Below are positions 8,577-15,486 of a DNA stretch of 64,000 nucleotides, in pieces. The stretch comes from Verrucomicrobiota bacterium. Lineage in GTDB: Bacteria; Verrucomicrobiota; Verrucomicrobiia; Limisphaerales; UBA11358. The notes under the pieces are model-generated. The model had not been told where the DNA came from and searched no databases. It saw only the letters and a program-made list of their open reading frames with translations. The position numbers were made by a program, and so were the translations under genes. The stretch is taken from contig JBEKBA010000008.1 of assembly GCA_050015635.1 (NCBI GenBank), positions 15,091-79,090 of the forward strand. Reading direction: 5' to 3'. Positions within the stretch are counted from its first letter, which is position 1. The number at the start of each line of letters is the position of its first letter.

Positions 8577-9010
8577 TCACGAAGCAGCGTGACGGTGCAC
8601 CCAGTTATAAAACAGACACGGATTGGAACGGATGAACACGGATAAAAATAAGAAGGTATTTGGCGTGGACGCGTGAAATGTAGAAGGAAGAATGATGAAT
8701 GAAGAGTAGATAAAAACGGGAAGGCGGCCCATAGCGAGACGCCCGCGCTCCCCAAACGCAGTAGAGAAATGCACCTGAACGGTGCGGGGATGGGGGATAG
8801 GGTCCAGGAAATCGGGAAAAGGAGAAATCAGACACGAATTACGCGAAAGAAAACGAAGCATTTTTAGACACGGATTAACACGGAAAGGGATTTAACCGCC
8901 AAGAACGCCAAGGCACCTGGCGGTGCGGCCACCATAAAAAGAGACACGGATTAACCGGATGGAAACACCTCTCCCCGACCCTCTCCCCAGAGCGGAGAGG
9001 GAGAAGAAAA
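8577..9010. repeat. Mosaic repeat cluster; first ~288 nt duplicated at 16943-17230
   Basis: 8577-8864 aligns with 16943 onward with 10 substitutions (manual alignment). It is followed by AGACACGGATTAACACGGA, AACCGCCAAG and CTCTCCCC...GGAGAGGGAGA modules. Confidence 0.85.
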
Positions 9011-9039
9011 ATTAACCGCCTGATGTGTCGTTTATGTAA

Positions 9040-9369
9040 TCAATTCAATTCCAGCAGCCAGGCAATTTTATCGCGCACGGCCAAAGTTACTCTAGTTTCA
9101 AACTGTCCGGCACGACGTTCCAGCCGGTGATTTTCAACCGAGGCAAGACCCTGGACATTCGCCACGCCTTCATCCGCGCCGGGCAACCAGCGCACGCGCG
9201 GCAACTTCACTTCATAATCACCACCACGAATCTGCGTCGTCAACGGCACGCACACGCATAAGGCGCGCTCCGCGTCCGGATCTTCGCGCGAGACTACCAT
9301 CAGCGGGCGCAGCTTGCCCTTCAGTCCCAGATCCACCCAATATACTTCACCAGGCTTTGGATTTATCAT
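9040..9369 (-). CDS. mazF: MazF/PemK family type II toxin (endoribonuclease)
   Basis: MINPKPGEVYWVDLGLKGKLRPLMVVSRED...CVPLTTQIRGG...VANVQGLASVENHRL is the PemK/MazF pattern (GxxxxVdf...RPxxVvs...vxPxTt). ATG at 9369 is preferred over 9471. Confidence 0.85.
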   Translation of the reverse strand: MINPKPGEVYWVDLGLKGKLRPLMVVSREDPDAERALCVCVPLTTQIRGGDYEVKLPRVRWLPGADEGVANVQGLASVENHRLERRAGQFETRVTLAVRDKIAWLLELN

Positions 9370-9565
9370 AGAAACTTTCCAGCGTGGCGGCGCGCAGTTC
9401 CCAGACTCCGGCGGGCGATTCCATCTTTTCCGGCACGGTGATTTTCGGCGCAGGCATGACCCACCAGCCACCGTTCTCCATCGTTACCAGATACTTTGCG
9501 CCTTTGCGCGTGCCCCGGATGCAGACGCGGCCTTTGTCATCGGCTTTTACCAAAGTAGTTTCCAT
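9347..9565 (-). CDS. mazE: AbrB/MazE/SpoVT-type antitoxin
   Basis: METTLVKADDKGRVCIRGTRKG... looks like a swapped-hairpin-type DNA-binding N-terminus. The 3' end overlaps the mazF start by 23 nt. Confidence 0.7.
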   Translation of the reverse strand: METTLVKADDKGRVCIRGTRKGAKYLVTMENGGWWVMPAPKITVPEKMESPAGVWELRAATLESFYDKSKAW

Positions 9566-9648
9566 GTGGGAACATTCCCACCTTTCGTTGCCATTGTCAA
9601 CGGCTTAATGCTTGAGAGTTGAAGGTGCCGAATACAGCCGGAGGAAAT

Positions 9649-9712
9649 GGGACGCGGTGGAACGCGTCCTTACCATGTCAAATTTTGGTAAGGACGACTT
9701 CCACGTCGTCCC
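9649..9712. repeat. REP doublet: two G-REP hairpins in inverted (tail-to-tail) orientation
   Basis: GGGACGCGGTGGAACGCGTCCTTACC - atgtcaaatttt - GGTAAGGACGACTTCCACGTCGTCCC. The loops are reverse complements (GTGGAA/TTCCAC). The stems differ by compensated changes. Confidence 0.85.
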
Positions 9713-9876
9713 TAATTCGTTTTTATTTTCAAACGTGGTGATTTTTGGGGTATTGCAGCGTTGCTGCAGCCGGGCTGCAGTGCTGCGGCAATGAGATGGC
9801 AGCGTTCACACGCCCCGCCATTGGTTGCCATCTTATACTGCTTGCGCAAAAAACTTCAGGGTCTAATTTTCCATTG
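9687..9876 (+). promoter_or_regulatory. Conserved structured 5' leader of ST2 (leader family shared with ST4 and ST5)
   Basis: REP hairpin + T-rich tract; then hairpin H1 at 9752-9792 (ATTGCAGCG..CTGCAG-CCGGG-CTGCAG..CTGCGGCAAT); hairpin H2 at 9794-9833 (AGATGGCA/TGCCATCT); then TATACTGCTTGCGCAAA and ATG at 9877. Confidence 0.6.
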
Positions 9877-11418
9877 ATGAGACGACTGCAGTTAGTTTCC
9901 CAGGGTTCCTTGAGCCGGATGATCAAGGCGGCGGATGAATCCTGGGGACGTGGCGACTCCCGGCAGTGCTTTGAGCTGCTGGAACGCGCCAGCCGGCTGG
10001 ACCCGGGCAATCCCAAAATGCAGCTGTATCTGGGTCAGCGGTATGGGTTGCGTTACAACTACGAGGCAGCCGAACACTGCTTTGAACAGGCCGTGCGGAT
10101 TGCACCGGATAAAACGGAGACTTTGGCCATTGCCGGGCGGCTATCCCTCGATTTCGGCAGTCATCAAATGGCCGAAGATTATTTCCGGCGCGCCGTGGAA
10201 GAAAAAGACGCCCCGGCGGAAACCTGCGCCCGACTCGCGGAAGTTTATGAACGCCTTAATCGCTTGGAAGACGCCACCAAACTGGTGGATCAAGCCTTGC
10301 AATTGGATGACAACTGCGCCATGGCACAACTGACCCGTGCCAGATTATATGGCCGCACCGGTCGATTGAAGGAAGCGGAACAACTTCTGCGGAGGTTTAC
10401 CACAACCGATTCGCATACGCAGATACGTCGCCATTACGAACTGGGCAAAAATCTGGACCAGCAAGGACGTTATGACGAAGCGATGGCCGCGTTCCTCGAA
10501 GCCAAGGCGCTCTTACTGCCAACCGCGAAACCGCTCATCGCTCAAATGAAGGTGTTTCGTGACCGCCTAAATGAATTGAAAACCAACATCTCTGCTGAAA
10601 TACTGCAACGTTGGTTTGATTGCGCCCCGGCGTTCCGACCCTCTCATCGCCTGGCTTTTCTGGGCGGTCATCCCCGTTCCGGGACAACCTTATTGGAACA
10701 GATTTTGGATTCGCATCCAGACATCGTTTCGGTGGAAGAAACGGCGATTTTTCTCGAAGACGCCTGTGTTCCCTTCAAACGCGGCTTTCCAGAGAATACA
10801 CCCACATTGTCAATCCTTGAAACGGCACAGACGAGCGCATTGCAGACATCGCGCATGAATTATTTCCGCTCCGTGGAAGGATTTCTGGGCAAACCCATCG
10901 GCAACCGGCTGTTGATTGACAAAAATCCTTCGCTGACTTTTTTGATACCCGCGCTCATCCGCGTGTTTCCTGAGGTAAAACTGATCATCGCCCTGCGCGA
11001 TCCGCGTGACGTATGTTTGAGTTGTCTCATGCAACCCTTGCTGCCACTCCGTCAGGGCAACTCGGCCTATTTGAGTCTGGAGAGTACCGTTGAGGAATAC
11101 AGCGCCATGATGAGCCTGTGGCAAACCCTCGCTCCCCTGATAAAGAACCCGTTCCTGACCGTGCGCTACGAGGACATGGTCAATGATCTGGAATCCGTGG
11201 CGCGGCGGACACTGGACTTTCTGGGCGTGCCGTGGGATGCAAGCGTGCTCAGTTTTGACCAACACGCGCGGCAGAAAGTGGTGCGCTCGCCCACTTACGC
11301 CGACGTGACCCAACCGGTCTATAAAGGGGCCATTGGCCGGTGGCGTAATTACCAGAAATATTTTGAACCGCATCTGGAAAAGCTTGAGCCGTTTGTGAAG
11401 GCGTTCGGGTATGAGTAA
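9877..11418 (+). CDS. TPR + sulfotransferase fusion protein, paralogue 2 (ST2)
   Basis: MRRLQLVSQGSLSRMI... aligns with the ST1 start. Motifs LGGHPRSGTTLLEQ and IIALRDPRDVCLSC are present. The TTG-initiated upstream extension (9745) is judged non-coding. Confidence 0.88.
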   Translation: MRRLQLVSQGSLSRMIKAADESWGRGDSRQCFELLERASRLDPGNPKMQLYLGQRYGLRYNYEAAEHCFEQAVRIAPDKTETLAIAGRLSLDFGSHQMAEDYFRRAVEEKDAPAETCARLAEVYERLNRLEDATKLVDQALQLDDNCAMAQLTRARLYGRTGRLKEAEQLLRRFTTTDSHTQIRRHYELGKNLDQQGRYDEAMAAFLEAKALLLPTAKPLIAQMKVFRDRLNELKTNISAEILQRWFDCAPAFRPSHRLAFLGGHPRSGTTLLEQILDSHPDIVSVEETAIFLEDACVPFKRGFPENTPTLSILETAQTSALQTSRMNYFRSVEGFLGKPIGNRLLIDKNPSLTFLIPALIRVFPEVKLIIALRDPRDVCLSCLMQPLLPLRQGNSAYLSLESTVEEYSAMMSLWQTLAPLIKNPFLTVRYEDMVNDLESVARRTLDFLGVPWDASVLSFDQHARQKVVRSPTYADVTQPVYKGAIGRWRNYQKYFEPHLEKLEPFVKAFGYE

Positions 11419-11420
11419 GG

Positions 11421-11670
11421 GGTAGGGACGACCTGCTGGTCGTCCCGAGGTAGGGCGTTGCTGCTGCAACGCCGTTCGGACGCGCGGCATCCGCCTTCGC
11501 CCGAGCTATGGCGGGACAGGGCGCGTCCCTACCATGCCGTTCCCAATTCGATTGAAAAAGGAAACACAACCTGCCGGTCGTCCAAAGGTAGGGCGTTGCT
11601 GCTGCAACGCCGTTCGGACACGCGGCATCCGCCTTCGCCGAGCTATGGCGGGACAGGGCGCGTCCCTACC
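11421..11670. repeat. Two copies (one full, one 5'-truncated) of a ~113 nt composite palindromic element (R2) with GGTAGGGACG/CGTCCCTACC termini
   Basis: Unit 1 is 11421-11533 and unit 2 is 11571-11670. A third full copy lies at 13273-13387. The unit contains GTAG-hairpins GGGACGACC-TGCT-GGTCGTCCC and GGCGTTGC-TGCT-GCAACGCC. Confidence 0.85.
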
Positions 11671-11722
11671 CTTTGCAGAGACTGCTTGCGCAAAGGGCAT
11701 CGGCCTCTAAAATTTTCCACGG

Positions 11723-13270
11723 ATGAAACGACCGCAGTTGGTTTCCGCCGGTTCCTTGAACCGGATGATTCAGGCCGCCGAGGAGTGCTGCATGCGCGGT
11801 GACTTTCAACAAGGCATCGAAATTTTCGAACGGGCCAGCCGTCTGGATCCAGCCAACTGGCGGCTCCGGATTCAGTTGGGGCGCGCTCACGGTTATAATT
11901 TCGACTACACGGCAACCGAACGCTGTTTTGAACAGGCGGTGCGCATTGCACCGCATAAAGCGGAGGCCCTGGCGACTGCGGGGCAGCAATGGATGAGTTC
12001 CGGCAGACCGCAAATGGCCGAAGCTTACTTCCGGCGCGCCCTGGAACAAAAAGACGCCACGGCGGACACCGTCGCCCGGCTGGCGGAACTCTACGAGCGG
12101 CTTCACCGCACGGAAGATGCCGCCGCCATGGTGGAGCGCTGCCTTCAATTGGACAACGCCTGCCCGTTGGCCCGGTTCACCCAAGCAAAATTGCACCGGC
12201 AGGCGGGGCGACTGGCCGAAGCTGAACAAGTCTTGCGCCCCATCCTGACGACGGTAGATCGCGAGTTGCGAGTCCGGGGCCTCTATGAACTGGGCGGGAT
12301 TTACGACCGGCAGGGGCGTTATGACGAAGCCATGACCGCCTTTCTCGAAGCCAAGGCGCTGCTGCTTCCGGACGCACCGCCATTGCTCGCCCAATTGCAA
12401 TCAATCAACAGTTACTTTAAGGAGATGCAAAACAACGTCTCGGCTGAACTGTTGCAGCGTTGGTCCGATTCCGGCCGGGAGCTACTTCAACCACCTCATC
12501 GTCTGGCCTTTCTGGGCGGCCATGCCCGTTCCGGGACAACTTTTTTGGAACAGGTGCTCGATTCACATCCGGACATCGTCTCAGCGGAAGAAACAAGTAT
12601 TTTTTTTTACAAGACCTACCTTTCTCTCACGCACAGTATGCCACCGGGCACATCCATGCTGGCGGCACTCGATACCGCGCCCGTTGCGTCGTTGCGGCAG
12701 GCTCGTGAACACTATTTTCGTTCGATGGAATTGTTCTTTGGCAACCCCATCGGCCATCGCCTGCTGATTGACAAAGATCCCAACTATCAAATTATGATCC
12801 CGGCTTTTGTCCGCATTTTTCCGGAAATAAAACTTTTGTTGGCGATCCGCGACCCGCGCGATGTCGTCTTGAGCTGTTTCGTCCTGCCGCATTGGCCCCT
12901 CCGCGCGGCCACCGTGACCTTTCTGAATCTTGAAGCCACGGTTAGATCCTATACCCGGGTGATGGGGATATGGAGGACGCTAAAGCCGCTGATCAAAAAT
13001 CCCTGTCTCGAAGTGCGCTACGAAGACATGGTGGACGATCTGGAATCCGTCGCGCGGCGGACTCTGGACTTCCTCGGCATGCCGTGGGATGCCCGCGTGC
13101 TCGCCTTTGACGAACATGCCCGGAAAAAGCTGGTGCGCTCCCCGACTTACGCCGACGTGACGCAGAAGGTTTATAAGCGCGCCCGGGGGCGCTGGCACAA
13201 TTACAAAAAATATCTCGAACCGCATTTGGAGAAACTGGAGCCGTTCGTCAAGGCGTTTGGGTATGAGTAA
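11723..13270 (+). CDS. TPR + sulfotransferase fusion protein, paralogue 3 (ST3)
   Basis: 515 aa with motifs LGGHARSGTTFLEQ and LLAIRDPRDVVLSCF. Its closest relative is the decayed copy ST5. Confidence 0.9.
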   Translation: MKRPQLVSAGSLNRMIQAAEECCMRGDFQQGIEIFERASRLDPANWRLRIQLGRAHGYNFDYTATERCFEQAVRIAPHKAEALATAGQQWMSSGRPQMAEAYFRRALEQKDATADTVARLAELYERLHRTEDAAAMVERCLQLDNACPLARFTQAKLHRQAGRLAEAEQVLRPILTTVDRELRVRGLYELGGIYDRQGRYDEAMTAFLEAKALLLPDAPPLLAQLQSINSYFKEMQNNVSAELLQRWSDSGRELLQPPHRLAFLGGHARSGTTFLEQVLDSHPDIVSAEETSIFFYKTYLSLTHSMPPGTSMLAALDTAPVASLRQAREHYFRSMELFFGNPIGHRLLIDKDPNYQIMIPAFVRIFPEIKLLLAIRDPRDVVLSCFVLPHWPLRAATVTFLNLEATVRSYTRVMGIWRTLKPLIKNPCLEVRYEDMVDDLESVARRTLDFLGMPWDARVLAFDEHARKKLVRSPTYADVTQKVYKRARGRWHNYKKYLEPHLEKLEPFVKAFGYE

Positions 13271-13272
13271 GG

Positions 13273-13387
13273 GGTAGGGACGACCTGCAGGTCGTCCCGA
13301 GGTAGGGCGTTGCTGCTGCAACGCCGTTCGGACGCCCGGCATCCGCCTTCGCCGAGCTATGGCGGGACAGGGCGCGGCGTCCCTACC
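13273..13387. repeat. R2 composite palindromic element, third copy
   Basis: Near-identical to 11421-11533 and begins 3 nt after the ST3 stop, exactly as unit 1 does after the ST2 stop. Confidence 0.85.
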
Positions 13388-13398
13388 ATGATAAACCT

Positions 13399-13609
13399 GG
13401 TAAGGACGACTTCCACGTCGTCCCTAATTCGTTTTTATTTTCAAACACGGTGATTTTTGGAGAATTGCAGCGTCGCTGCAGCCGGGCTGCAGTGCCGCGG
13501 CAATGAGATGGCAATCCGCGGCAATGAGATGGCAATCAGGTTTTACGCCTCGCCATGGGTTGCCATCTTATACTGCTTGCGCAAAGAGCATCGCCTTCTA
13601 AAATTGTCC
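13399..13609 (+). promoter_or_regulatory. Conserved structured 5' leader of ST4
   Basis: Same architecture as 9687-9876: REP hairpin 13399-13424 + TAATTCGTTTTTATTTTC, H1 at 13464-13504, 21-nt tandem duplication at 13496-13537, H2 at 13527-13568 (AGATGGCAA/TTGCCATCT), then TATACTGCTTGCGCAAAG. Confidence 0.6.
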
Positions 13610-15160
13610 ATGATGAGACGAACACCAATAACTTCTCCGGGTTCGTTGAAGCAGCTGCTCCAGGCGGCGGAAGCGGCACGCGAACGCATGGATTTTCAGA
13701 CGTGTATCAAGACGCTGCAAACAGCCAGCCGTCTCGCGCCTGCCAACGTCGGCGTTCTCCTCCAACTCGGCCGCATTCATGGGTTGCGCTACGACTATAC
13801 CGCCGCTGAACGCAGCTTTGAACAGGCTCTGCGTTTTGCTCCCCGGAAAACGGAGATGCTCACGGCCATTGCGGAGCATTGCCAGAATTTCCGCAACCCG
13901 GACATTGCGGAGCGTTATCTCCGGCGCGCGCTCGAACAGCCGGACGCGACGCCGCAGGCCTGCATCAAGCTCGCCGAACTTTGCGAACGGCTCCGGCGGC
14001 TGCCCGAGGCTGAGGAACTGGTGGAACGGGCGTTGAAGCTTGATCCGGCTTATCCGGCGGCGCTGCTGGTTCGCGCCCGACTGGAACGTCTGTCCGGGAG
14101 ACTGGAACCGGCGGAGGCCGTGCTGCGCTCGTTCATCACCCAACCCATTCCTAATACCTGGATTCATGCCCAAGCCTGGTATGAACTGGGCCATACTCTG
14201 GATCGTCAGGGAAAATTTGATGAAGCGATGACGGCATTCCTTGAAGCCAAGACCTTGCAGCGACCACAGGCGGACAAAATATTTGACGCCCAAAAAATAA
14301 TACAAACCAGTTACAAGGTGATGGAATCGAATATTTCCGCCGGGCAATTCCGACGCTGGTTCGAAAACGGCCCGGCATTGTCACCGGCCCGACGAGTTGC
14401 CTTGCTCTGCGGTTACGCCCGTTCCGGCACAACCCTGCTGGAGCAGGTGCTGGATGCCCATCCGGACATTATTTCAGCGGAAGAAACCACCATTTTTTTG
14501 GACGATGCCTTTGCCCCGCTCAGACGAAATTCGCCCCCGAACTCCGACATGCTGACGGTTCTGGAAACCGCCGACAACCCGGCGTTGCAGCAATCGCGCG
14601 CGGCTTATTTTGACTCCATGAATTTGTCCATCGGGAGCGCCGTCGCCAACCGGCTGTTGCTGGACAAAAACCCCATGTTCACCGGCATGATCCCGGCGTT
14701 CATCCGCATCTTTCCCGAAACCAGGTTTCTCATCGCCTTGCGCGACCCGCGCGACGTGGTCTTGAGTCGTTTCATGCAAGCCCTGCGGACGACCCCATTC
14801 ACCACGGCCTTTTTGAGCCTGGAAGGAACCGTAGAAGATTACGCCGTCATGATGAGCGCATGGAGGAAAATGGCGCCGCTGATGCCCGCTCCTTACCTGC
14901 CAGTGCGTTACGAAGACATGGTGGACGATTTGGAATCCGTCGCGCGCAAAACACTGGATTTTCTGGGTGTTACCTGGGTAAACCACGTGCTGGGGTTTGA
15001 TGAACATGCCCGAAAAAAACTGGTGCGTTCCCCCGCCTACTCCGATGTGACCCAGCCCGTCTATAAGCGCGCCCGGGGGCGCTGGCGCAATTACCAGAAA
15101 TTTTTGGAGCCGCATCTGGAAAAGCTGGAGCCGTTTGTGAAGGCGTTTGGATATGAATAG
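13610..15160 (+). CDS. TPR + sulfotransferase fusion protein, paralogue 4 (ST4, most divergent)
   Basis: MMRRTPITSPGSLKQLL... aligns with the other starts. Motifs CGYARSGTTLLEQ and LIALRDPRDVVLSRF are present. ATG at 13610 is preferred over the TTG at 13457. Confidence 0.88.
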   Translation: MMRRTPITSPGSLKQLLQAAEAARERMDFQTCIKTLQTASRLAPANVGVLLQLGRIHGLRYDYTAAERSFEQALRFAPRKTEMLTAIAEHCQNFRNPDIAERYLRRALEQPDATPQACIKLAELCERLRRLPEAEELVERALKLDPAYPAALLVRARLERLSGRLEPAEAVLRSFITQPIPNTWIHAQAWYELGHTLDRQGKFDEAMTAFLEAKTLQRPQADKIFDAQKIIQTSYKVMESNISAGQFRRWFENGPALSPARRVALLCGYARSGTTLLEQVLDAHPDIISAEETTIFLDDAFAPLRRNSPPNSDMLTVLETADNPALQQSRAAYFDSMNLSIGSAVANRLLLDKNPMFTGMIPAFIRIFPETRFLIALRDPRDVVLSRFMQALRTTPFTTAFLSLEGTVEDYAVMMSAWRKMAPLMPAPYLPVRYEDMVDDLESVARKTLDFLGVTWVNHVLGFDEHARKKLVRSPAYSDVTQPVYKRARGRWRNYQKFLEPHLEKLEPFVKAFGYE

Positions 15161-15362
15161 TCACGAAGCAGCGTGACGGTGCTTGCGCACGGCCAATGCG
15201 CCTGACGGCGCGGGAATGGGGAAAAAGAAAAAGAGACACGGATTAACACGGAAAGGGATTTAACCGTCAAGGCAACGTGACGCTGCACCCGATTATAGAA
15301 GATAATCAGGGAAGCGGTGGAAGTCCTTGCGGACGGCCACCAGTCCCTACCCTGTCATACCT
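15161..15362. repeat. Mosaic repeat cluster downstream of ST4
   Basis: tcacgaagcagcgtgacggtgc (same junction as after ST1 and ST5), then CGGCCAATGCGCCTGACGGCGCGGGAATGGGG, AGACACGGATTAACACGGA, AACGTGACGCTGCACCCGATTATAGAAGATAATCAG, and GGGAAGCGGTGGAAGTCCTTGCGGACGGCCACCAGTCCCTACC. Confidence 0.85.
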
Positions 15363-15486
15363 GGTAAGGACGACTTCCACGTCGTCCCTAATTCGTTTTT
15401 ATTTTCAAACACGGTGATTTTTGGAGAATTGCAGCGTCGCTGCAGCCGGGCTGCAGTGCCGCGGCAATGAGATGGCAATCTCACTG
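15363..15486 (+). promoter_or_regulatory. Conserved 5' leader of ST5 (shortened version)
   Basis: Identical to the ST4 leader through H1 (15428-15468) and GAGATGGCAATC. The 3' arm of H2 and the TATACT/TTGCGCAA segment are missing, and the leader is fused to the ATG at 15487. Confidence 0.55.

Noticed and set aside
8577-8861. Conserved 94-aa, 82-aa and 76-aa minus-strand ORFs in the duplicated modules (8507-8861 and 16873-17227).
   Set aside because: Three overlapping frames are open in both copies, and the conservation is at nucleotide level. The sequence is made of the same repeat modules found in many spacers. It is interpreted as non-coding repeat DNA.
13457-13609. N-terminal extensions of ST2, ST4 and ST5 in the ORF track (MENCSVAAAGLQCRGNEMAI..., starting at 9745, 13457 and 15421).
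   Set aside because: They start at TTG directly after an in-frame TGA. They run through the palindromic leader (H1/H2). They are absent from ST1 and ST3, whose ATGs align with internal ATGs at 9877, 13610 and 15487. Caveat: leader indels (21 and 66 nt) are multiples of 3, so translation is not formally excluded.
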